From NCBI GenBank assembly GCA_049320885.1, contig JBMORA010000034.1, positions 47,245 to 111,244 of the forward strand: 64,000 bases of DNA. The letters run 5' to 3'. This DNA is from Thermodesulfobacteriota bacterium. Lineage in GTDB: Bacteria > Desulfobacterota > Desulfobacteria > Desulfobacterales > SURF-7. A model generated the notes under the pieces. The model saw only the letters and a program-made list of their open reading frames with translations. It made no database searches and was not told the origin of the DNA. The position numbers and the translations under genes were made by a program. Positions 55,140 to 62,341 of this stretch are shown one piece after another; within the stretch, counting starts at the first letter, position 1, and every line of letters starts with the position of its first letter.

Positions 55140-56255
55140 TTATATGATGATCAAATCCGCCTGCATGGCCCCGGCGGCCTTGATGCTCTGAAAAATGCTG
55201 ATCATGTCCCGGGGGGTCACGCCGATGGCGTTCAGGGCCCGCACCAGATCACCGATGGTGGAGGCGCCCGGAACCAGCATCACCTTGCTTTTATCCTCTT
55301 TCATCGTGATCTGGGTATCCCGGGTGGTGACGGTCTCTCCGCTGGCAAAAGGTCCCGGCTGGGACACGGCTTCGCTTTCCGTGATGGTGATGCTGAGGTT
55401 TCCGTGTGAAATGGCCACAGTGGAAATCCGGACATTCTCACCGATAACCACCGTGCCGGTTTTTTCATTGACCACGATTTTGGCCACCGAATCCGGCATC
55501 ACTTCCAGGGTTTCGATGCCGGCGATGAACAGGGACACATCCATCCGCATCTCCGGGGGGATTTGAATCCACATGGTGGCGGAATCCACCGGCCTGGCCA
55601 GCCGTTTCCCCATGGCGGCATTGATGGTCTCCGAGATGCGCAGGGCAGTGGTGAAATCCGGATTGTACAGGGAAAGGGTCAAATCCCCCCTGCCATTCAG
55701 GGGCATGGGAATTTCCTTTTCCACCGTGGCCCCTCCCGCCACCCGGGCCACCAGCAGATGGTTTTTGATCACCGAACCGGCATCCCCGGCGGCTCCGGCT
55801 CCGCCGAGGGCCAGGGCGCCCTGGGCCAGGGCATAGGTATTGCCGTCCACGCCCTTGAGGGGTGTCAGGAGCAGGGTCCCGCCCACCAGACTCTTGGCGT
55901 CGCCCACGGAGGACACCATGATATCGATCTGGTTGCCCACCCGGGCAAAAGGCGGCATTTCCGCCGTCACCATGACGGCAGCCACGTTTTTGACTTTCAA
56001 CTGATCGGGGCTGACCTGGATCCCCATGCGGTCCATCATGTTCGACAGGGCCTGAATGGTAAAGCGGGCCTTCTGTTTGTCGCCCGTGCCGTTCAGGCCC
56101 ACCACCAGACCGTATCCGATCAGCTGATTGTTGCGCACGCCTTTAATGGAAACCAGTTCCTTGATCCGCACCCCATGGGCCGGCGGCGCGACTGCCAGCA
56201 GGAACAGCCCTGCCGCCGCGATCCAGATGCTTGCCTTTGTCCGATGTCCCATCAT
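55140..56255 (-). CDS. flgI: Flagellar P-ring protein
   Basis: RIKEL..I.GVR.NQLIGYGLVVGL.GTGD, KNVAAVMVTA, NEKTGTVV.G; start after RBS AGGAGG. Confidence 0.96.
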   Translation of the reverse strand: MMGHRTKASIWIAAAGLFLLAVAPPAHGVRIKELVSIKGVRNNQLIGYGLVVGLNGTGDKQKARFTIQALSNMMDRMGIQVSPDQLKVKNVAAVMVTAEMPPFARVGNQIDIMVSSVGDAKSLVGGTLLLTPLKGVDGNTYALAQGALALGGAGAAGDAGSVIKNHLLVARVAGGATVEKEIPMPLNGRGDLTLSLYNPDFTTALRISETINAAMGKRLARPVDSATMWIQIPPEMRMDVSLFIAGIETLEVMPDSVAKIVVNEKTGTVVIGENVRISTVAISHGNLSITITESEAVSQPGPFASGETVTTRDTQITMKEDKSKVMLVPGASTIGDLVRALNAIGVTPRDMISIFQSIKAAGAMQADLIII

Positions 56256-56270
56256 CCGCCCTCCTGGGGA

Positions 56271-56362
56271 TTCGAGATTTGAGATTTCAAATTTGAAATC
56301 AAAAAAACAAACTTTCTCAATCCACAATCTCAAATCTCAAATCTCAAATTTGAAATCTCAAA
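56271..56362. repeat. Inverted pair of TTTGAGA / ATCTCAA heptamer arrays between flgH and flgI
   Basis: TTCGAGATTTGAGATTTCAAATTTGAAAT ... ATCTCAAATCTCAAATCTCAAATTTGAAATCTCAAA. Confidence 0.9.
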
Positions 56363-57064
56363 TCAAAAAGGACTGACCCAGTCGATGATCCGCATTCCCC
56401 ATCCCACCCGCTGTTTGTCGCCCAAAACCCCCTCGCCGAAATATTCGATGCGGGCATCGGCCAGATAGGTCGATTTGATGTGGTTATCCGCAGTGACATC
56501 CTCCCGCCGGGCGATCCCGGAAACGGTGATGATCTGGTTTTCGTTGTTGACCCGCATCTCCCGCTTGCCGAAAACCACCATATTGCCGTTGGGGAGGACT
56601 TCCGTGATCCGGCCGCCGATGGAGGCCGTGACCCGGCCGCTGCGGTCGCTTTGCCCCTCGCCCTTGTGCTCGTTGGTCAGGCTGCTCTTCCAGAGAGCAC
56701 TGGGGCTCAAATTCTCGTTGATATTCTCCTGCCCGGTCAACCCGTCCACCGCCACTTCAAGGGTCCGTTCGGATTTCGTTTCCGTATTGGCGTCCACTTT
56801 GGATGATGTATTTTCCACAATGTCCACAATGATGGTATCCCCGGTGCGTCTTGCGCGGCGATCGACGAAAAGGAGTTCGCCGCCGTTTTCGGTCCACAAG
56901 GAGCCTTCCGCCGCCGGTTGGGCCGAATAGGAGTGTCCGGCCATGGGCGTTTGGGACTCCGGCAGTGGCATTACCGCATTGGTTTCCGGCCCGGAAGAAC
57001 ACCCGGCAACCATGATGACCAGCACCCACAGGGCCGCTGTCGAAACCCGCCGTTCTTTTTTCAT
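56363..57064 (-). CDS. flgH: Flagellar L-ring lipoprotein
   Basis: Lipobox VAGC; GSLW, D.RAR..GD, VLPNGN....G.RE..VN.E, ADARIEY.G.G, C-term PF. Confidence 0.95.
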   Translation of the reverse strand: MKKERRVSTAALWVLVIMVAGCSSGPETNAVMPLPESQTPMAGHSYSAQPAAEGSLWTENGGELLFVDRRARRTGDTIIVDIVENTSSKVDANTETKSERTLEVAVDGLTGQENINENLSPSALWKSSLTNEHKGEGQSDRSGRVTASIGGRITEVLPNGNMVVFGKREMRVNNENQIITVSGIARREDVTADNHIKSTYLADARIEYFGEGVLGDKQRVGWGMRIIDWVSPF

Positions 57065-57076
57065 GAAACCCTCCTG

Positions 57077-58093
57077 TTAAAAAACGATCTCCACGGTTTC
57101 GGCATCCACCACCCGTCCCATGACGATCCGTTCCGAGCCCGGGTTTTCCACCCGGATCTGATCCGCCGCTCCGCCGCTGGATTTGGCAATGCCGGTGGTC
57201 GCGACGCGCAGGGAGCCGCCGCCGACAATCAGCTTCACCCGATCCCCTTTATGAACCAGGATCGGATTGACCAGGCTGTTTCGGAACAAACAGGCGCCGG
57301 CTTCCAGACTTTTTTTCAACTGCTTGCCCACCGCCTCCTGGGCCGAACCAATTACATTATTCGAATTTCTTATAATATTCAAACTCTTAAGTTCAAGATC
57401 CGCCGCGGTCAGCACCGTTCCCCGGGCCAAGGCGCGCCGCAGACAAACCACCCGGGAAAACCGGTCCACCCAGGCGGAAATGTTCAGTTTCCCGGCGAAA
57501 TGACCGTCCACGGATACCGAAACCACGGCATCCAAGCGGCGGCGGTGCTTATCGGTTTTTTGTTCCGCAATGCCAAGGGACAGGTCGCCCAGGGGAAAAT
57601 TCGTTTTCCCCCGGACGGAGACACGCCGCAGAACGAAATCGGAACCGTCAATATAGGGCGCCAGCAAGGCCTTCAAACGGTCCTCCGGGACGATCTGGGA
57701 AAGCCGCTGGATGTGCACCTTCCGGGGCACCGACACCCGGGCATCCTCCGGAAAACCCGGAAGGGACTTCACCAGGCTTACCATTTTCCTTCCGGAAACC
57801 ATCTTCCCCATTCCCGGCAGGGGTGCTGCCCCCAAGTCCGCCTGGCTGAACGCATCCTGCTGCGGTCCGAATCCCCGGATGTCCGCCACTTCCCCCAGGC
57901 GGATGCGGTCTCCGGCGACCGCGGCTTCGGCCTTGATCCGCACCTGCGCCGGTTTGTTTCCATCCGGCGGAGACTGGGCCATGACCGGAAGAGCGGCCTG
58001 TAGCCATGCCAGGCAGCAGGCGCATCCGAACAACCGCCAGAATCGCCGCCCGCGGACCGTCAACCCGGGCATATGTGTCTTGGCATTTCCCAT
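57077..58093 (-). CDS. flgA: P-ring formation chaperone
   Basis: SAF-like R.L.RG.VL...D; LV.KGD.V, G.A...G...D.IRV.N..S...V.GRV. Confidence 0.9.
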   Translation of the reverse strand: MGNAKTHMPGLTVRGRRFWRLFGCACCLAWLQAALPVMAQSPPDGNKPAQVRIKAEAAVAGDRIRLGEVADIRGFGPQQDAFSQADLGAAPLPGMGKMVSGRKMVSLVKSLPGFPEDARVSVPRKVHIQRLSQIVPEDRLKALLAPYIDGSDFVLRRVSVRGKTNFPLGDLSLGIAEQKTDKHRRRLDAVVSVSVDGHFAGKLNISAWVDRFSRVVCLRRALARGTVLTAADLELKSLNIIRNSNNVIGSAQEAVGKQLKKSLEAGACLFRNSLVNPILVHKGDRVKLIVGGGSLRVATTGIAKSSGGAADQIRVENPGSERIVMGRVVDAETVEIVF

Positions 58094-58106
58094 GATCTCC
58101 CTGATC

Positions 58107-58889
58107 CTACCGTTTCAAGCCGTTGGCCAGGGACAGCATGCTGTCGGCCGTCTGCACGGTTTTGGAATTCGCCTCATACGCCCGCTGGCCGATGATCATC
58201 GCCACCATTTCCTCCACCACGCTGACATTGGACTTTTCCACAAAACCATTGGCGATGGTACCGAAGCCCTCATCCCCCGGGATGCCCTCGATGGCCTCGC
58301 CGGAACCCTCCGTGGGTCTCAGAAGATTCTGGCCCACCGCAAACAAGCCCGCCGGATTGATGAAATTGTAGATATTGATCTGCTCCTCCACCAGCACCGT
58401 GTCGCCGGCGCCATAGGCCGTAAGGGTGCCGTTGGATTGTACCGTCACCAGCACGGTTTCCTCGGGCAGGGAAATTTCCGGCTGCAGCCGGTCGCCGGCG
58501 GGGGTGGTGATGAACCCTTCGCTGTCCAGGGTGAAATTGCCGGCCCGGGTATACAACTCTTCATCCCCGTGCAATACCTGGAAAAATCCCCGGCCTTCGA
58601 TGGCCATGTCCAGATCGTTGCCGGTATTGACGAAATCCCCCTGGGTGAACAATTTCTGGACGCTGGACGGTTTCACCCCCATGCCCAGCTGGATGCCGGC
58701 GGGAATCTGGCCGCCGCCGGGGGTTTCCGCACCGGCGATCAGGAACGTCTGGTACATCAAATCCTGGAAATTGGCCCGGCTGCGTTTGAAACCGGTGGTG
58801 TCCACATTGGCCAGGTTGTTCGCCACCACATCCACATTGAGCTGTTGGGCCTGCATTCCCGATGCGCCGGTCCATAACGATCTGATCAT
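58107..58889 (-). CDS. flgG: Distal rod protein
   Basis: MIRSLWTGASGM.AQQ...DVVANNLANV.T.GFK, FQDL.YQ, SNV.VVEEMV.MI..QRAYE.NSK; 260 aa. Confidence 0.96.
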   Translation of the reverse strand: MIRSLWTGASGMQAQQLNVDVVANNLANVDTTGFKRSRANFQDLMYQTFLIAGAETPGGGQIPAGIQLGMGVKPSSVQKLFTQGDFVNTGNDLDMAIEGRGFFQVLHGDEELYTRAGNFTLDSEGFITTPAGDRLQPEISLPEETVLVTVQSNGTLTAYGAGDTVLVEEQINIYNFINPAGLFAVGQNLLRPTEGSGEAIEGIPGDEGFGTIANGFVEKSNVSVVEEMVAMIIGQRAYEANSKTVQTADSMLSLANGLKR

Positions 58890-58955
58890 GTGCTACCTCC
58901 GTTTGCGGTCATCCGGTTCGCCCGGTTTGCCGCTGTTTTCCATCAATTGACCACG

Positions 58956-58994
58956 ATCCGCCATTCGTAATTCGTAATTCCTAATTCGTAATTG
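58956..58994 (+). repeat. Heptamer array immediately after the flgF stop
   Basis: ATCCGCC ATTCGTA ATTCGTA ATTCCTA ATTCGTA ATTG. Confidence 0.9.
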
Positions 58995-58998
58995 TAGT

Positions 58999-59694
58999 TT
59001 ACAACCGTCCGACTTCCGTAACCGCCTTGCTGTCGATTTCGTCAAATGTCTGGATCATTTTCTGAAACGCCTCATACATGCGGTGCACCTGAATCATCTT
59101 GGTCATTTCCACCGCCGTTGCTATATTCGCGCCTTCCAATGCGCCCTGCTGGACCACGTATTGGTCGGCCGCGCGTTCATCCGCCGGCAACCCTTCATAG
59201 ACAAAAAGGGAAGAGCGGTCCTTGCGCAGCCTGGTCAGGTCGTCGAAGGTCACGATATCCAGCTGTCCGGCGACCTCACCGTCCACCCGGATTTCACCGT
59301 CCTCACTGATTTGAATATTATCGGTGGTTTCCGCTTCCGCGCCCTGAAGGACAATGGGGGCTCCGTCCCCCAGAACCGGATCGCCGTTCTGGGTCACCAG
59401 CTCCATGTCCTGATTGATCGTGAAGCCGCCGTCGCGGGTATAACGGATGCCTTCCGCCGTTTCGATTTTAAAGAATCCGTTCCCGGAAATCGCCACATCC
59501 AGATTGTTGCCGGTGGTCCGGATATCTCCGGACTGGAAATCCACCACCTGGGTTGCTTTCAGGGCCTGATCGAAGGCCAGAATGTCCGCCTTGAATCCGG
59601 TGGTGCCGACATTGGCGAGATGGTTGGCAATCAACTCGAACTGTCTTTCCTGGCGAAGTCCGCCCTGAACCGGCCGCGTCATTTGCAGAATCAT
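58999..59694 (-). CDS. flgF: Proximal rod protein
   Basis: IANHLANV.TTGFK, TGN.LDVAI.G.GFF, YTRDG.F, EMTKMI...R.YE..QK; upstream of flgG. Confidence 0.9.
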   Translation of the reverse strand: MILQMTRPVQGGLRQERQFELIANHLANVGTTGFKADILAFDQALKATQVVDFQSGDIRTTGNNLDVAISGNGFFKIETAEGIRYTRDGGFTINQDMELVTQNGDPVLGDGAPIVLQGAEAETTDNIQISEDGEIRVDGEVAGQLDIVTFDDLTRLRKDRSSLFVYEGLPADERAADQYVVQQGALEGANIATAVEMTKMIQVHRMYEAFQKMIQTFDEIDSKAVTEVGRL

Positions 59695-59726
59695 GGTGCC
59701 CTCTCTTTCGTTTCGACGGTATTCAT

Positions 59727-59742
59727 TGCAATATAAGTGCCA
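59727..59742 (-). promoter_or_regulatory. Sigma54 promoter of the flgF operon
   Basis: Minus strand TGGCACTTATATTGCA, a consensus -24/-12 site about 30 nt before the ATG. Confidence 0.85.
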
Positions 59743-59862
59743 CGGCAAACGCACCCTGGACTTACCTGGAAAACCCTTTGTCATCACGGTGCAAATCGTA
59801 TCACCAGCCCAAAAAGGCGGGGCCAAAGACAACCGGCGGTCTCCCGGCATGGCAAAAAATAC

Positions 59863-60141
59863 CTAGGCCGGTCGTTTTTTCCCATTGATGGAGTAGGCAA
59901 AGGCCAGTAATTCGGCAACGACGAGATAGACACTGGGCGGGATCTCGGCCTCCAGGTCAAGCTTGGAGAGGACTTCGACCAAATCCGGATCATCCTTTAC
60001 CGGGATTCCGTGTTTTTGGGCCAGGGCGATGATGGTTTCGGCAATATGTCCGCTTCCCTTTGCCGCCACTTTGGGGGCGTGGTCCTTCTGCGGCTGGTAT
60101 TTCAAGGCGACGGCCTTTTTGGTTTTGGATTTCGGGCTCAT
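59863..60141 (-). CDS. FlhB C-terminal-domain-like protein (EscU/YscU/HrcU switch family)
   Basis: KAVAL.Y....D.APKV.AKG.G.IAE.II..A....IP, EIP...Y.VVAE.LAF.Y. Confidence 0.9.
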   Translation of the reverse strand: MSPKSKTKKAVALKYQPQKDHAPKVAAKGSGHIAETIIALAQKHGIPVKDDPDLVEVLSKLDLEAEIPPSVYLVVAELLAFAYSINGKKRPA

Positions 60142-60182
60142 GGTAGGGTATGCAGCAATTATTCCAATTCTTCGATATCGGT

Positions 60183-61289
60183 CTACACCACTACATTCAA
60201 CAGACCTTCCTCCGCATGGACGCGCTGCAGGAAGGTGGTGGATACCGCGTCGGGAGTTCCGGCCAGACGGCAATCCAGGCCGGTCACCTGGAATCCGAGA
60301 AGCCTGAAGCGGTTTTTCAATTCCGGAATCCCCTCTTCGATGAGGTCCCGGACGGTTTCATCGGCGGTTTCAAAAAAGCCGTTCACCATGCGTTCGTAAA
60401 CGGAAAAATCGGCCGCCAGATGCCCGAGACGGGTAAGGTCCAGTAAAAAAGCGATCCTCACCGGGCCATGCCCTCCTTTTCGGGGGGCTTCCCGCCCGGC
60501 ATTCAGGTGGATCAGCAATTGCCCGAAGCGCCAGTCTCCGTCGACAGCAACCGGGAAGGGCAACAACAATTTCCCGGTGTCTTCCAGGGCCTGTTTGTTA
60601 AACAACTGGAACTCCTCGATCTGATCGATGAAAATGCGCGCCGGATTGACCGACTCCTTGCTCTCGCTCACCGCCTCGCGGAAATACTCCAACGCCAGGG
60701 CTTTGACATCCCCGGACGGCATATCCCTGACGCCGTCTGCTCCCGGTGGATGCGCCGACAACACCAGCTGTCTCAATTTATGTTCCCAGGCCATGCCGCC
60801 GCTTTGAATCAAGCGCGTCAAAAAGGCGCTGTCCGGTTTGTCCGACTGGAGCGCGATTTGGGTGAACAAGCGTCCCAACCGGCTGGTTTGCGAAACAGCC
60901 GGTTCCGTGCCGACTTTGACACCACCGTGGTCATTCAGCATTTCCAACAGGAATCGATAGGGTTCCTGACGGGTCGGCAGGGAGGGTAATCCATGCGGCT
61001 GGGCAGCCGGCCTTTCCGGAAGCGGCATCATTTTGAGCACCGTCTCATTCCCGGTTGAAACCACCCGCAGGGTAATCGTTTCTCCGGCTTTCAGCGGCGT
61101 GTGGCTTTTGACCGGGACCTCCCGTCCCAATATCCGCAAGACGGTTTCCCGGGAAGAGGAATCCCCGACCACCCTGGCCGTAATTATCTGGCCGGCCTTC
61201 AGATGGGTCGCCGCATCCTTCCCGCCGGCCTTCAAGTTGACGACCAGTTCGGAAGCGGAAAGCAGCAATTTCGAAATCGTCGGTTTCAC
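60183..61289 (-). CDS. FliK-like hook-length-control domain protein
   Basis: N-term G....A.V / L..GE.I.LRV; C-term LDL..LG.L...F, L..R....G pattern; usual neighbour of the FlhB-like gene. Confidence 0.7.
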   Translation of the reverse strand: MKPTISKLLLSASELVVNLKAGGKDAATHLKAGQIITARVVGDSSSRETVLRILGREVPVKSHTPLKAGETITLRVVSTGNETVLKMMPLPERPAAQPHGLPSLPTRQEPYRFLLEMLNDHGGVKVGTEPAVSQTSRLGRLFTQIALQSDKPDSAFLTRLIQSGGMAWEHKLRQLVLSAHPPGADGVRDMPSGDVKALALEYFREAVSESKESVNPARIFIDQIEEFQLFNKQALEDTGKLLLPFPVAVDGDWRFGQLLIHLNAGREAPRKGGHGPVRIAFLLDLTRLGHLAADFSVYERMVNGFFETADETVRDLIEEGIPELKNRFRLLGFQVTGLDCRLAGTPDAVSTTFLQRVHAEEGLLNVVV

Positions 61290-61318
61290 ATCGGTTCACC
61301 CCGGTTTGATCAAAACCG

Positions 61319-61416
61319 TTCCCCATCCACCATTTCTAATTCGTAATTCGTAATTCGTAATTCCTAATTGTTCCCCATCCGCCATTCGTAATTTGTAATT
61401 CGTAATTCCTAATTAT
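61319..61416 (+). repeat. Two tandem copies (52-bp period) of the full CCATCC-ATTCGTA element
   Basis: TTCCCCATCCACCATT... at 61319 and TTCCCCATCCGCCATT... at 61371. Confidence 0.9.
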
Positions 61417-61418
61417 TT

Positions 61419-61895
61419 CTACCCCATGGCCAGCAGTTTTTTCTTAAGGTCGATCACCAGTTCCACCTCACCTTTGGGCATGGTCAATTCCCTGGCGATG
61501 GACGCCGCATCATATCCTTTTTCGTACAGCCGGCCGATGGCCGTCTGTTGGTCGTATACATGCGCCTGCTCAGCGCCCAGGGACCCGGATCGCAGATTCA
61601 GATCCGCGCGATTCAGCAGCAAATTCAAGCTGATGATGCGGCTGTCCAGCTTTTCGTTCAACTGCTTGATGATCTGGTTTTTTTCTCTCAGCTGCTTTTC
61701 AAAGTCTTTCGCGGCCATCTCCGCCTCCTTGAAAAGCGGTTCGATGAGCCGGAAGACCTTTTCGGCCGCCCTTGCGGAAATTTCCCGCTGCAAACCGGTC
61801 CGGATGCTGCGGACAAAATAGAGCAGAAATAGCATCAGCATCAGATCGATCACGATCATCATGGTGGTCAGAAATTCGATGGAAAGCCCCTTCAT
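61419..61895 (-). CDS. Membrane-anchored coiled-coil protein with C-terminal HTH (DUF2802/DUF6115-like)
   Basis: N-term TM, coiled coil, L.EKG.....IA.EL..PKGEVELV..L. Confidence 0.75.
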   Translation of the reverse strand: MKGLSIEFLTTMMIVIDLMLMLFLLYFVRSIRTGLQREISARAAEKVFRLIEPLFKEAEMAAKDFEKQLREKNQIIKQLNEKLDSRIISLNLLLNRADLNLRSGSLGAEQAHVYDQQTAIGRLYEKGYDAASIARELTMPKGEVELVIDLKKKLLAMG

Positions 61896-61994
61896 CGGCA
61901 ATCTATGTTCCTCCGTGTCATGAATGTCCAGGGAATGGCCCGCCGCCTACCGCTGGCGCGTACTACCGATGGATTGTCGGGATATCAGAGTGCG

Positions 61995-62309
61995 TCAGGC
62001 GACGGTATCCAGCAGCCGACCGGTTCCATCGGGATCCTCGGCATTCAGTTCCTTCCGTTCTTTTTCCCGCCGCTCCCGTTCCTGTTCCTTTTGGGCCTCG
62101 CTCTGCGACCCCTGCTGCTTTTCCTGATGCGGTTTGATTCGATCAGCGGTATCCGTTTCTTTGATGACCGCCCGCTGCTCCATCTCCCTTTGCGCATGCT
62201 GGGCAGGAGTCATCTGACTAGGATCCAGCGGCTGGGGTTTCAGTTGCTGGGTTTCCCTGGCAACATCCCCTTGTTGAACCACTATGGTGATATTGGAAAT
62301 CGTAGTCAT
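61995..62309 (-). CDS. Small hypothetical flagellar-region protein
   Basis: RBS GGAGG; Q/E-rich; C-terminal TGRLLDTVA. Confidence 0.7.
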   Translation of the reverse strand: MTTISNITIVVQQGDVARETQQLKPQPLDPSQMTPAQHAQREMEQRAVIKETDTADRIKPHQEKQQGSQSEAQKEQERERREKERKELNAEDPDGTGRLLDTVA

Positions 62310-62341
62310 GGACAAACCTCCAGCGTCAGGGATGTTCCGGC

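Noticed and set aside
14278..61416. Heptamer arrays as CRISPR or IS ends
   Set aside because: No unique spacers, no cas or transposase gene, no consistent target-site duplications.
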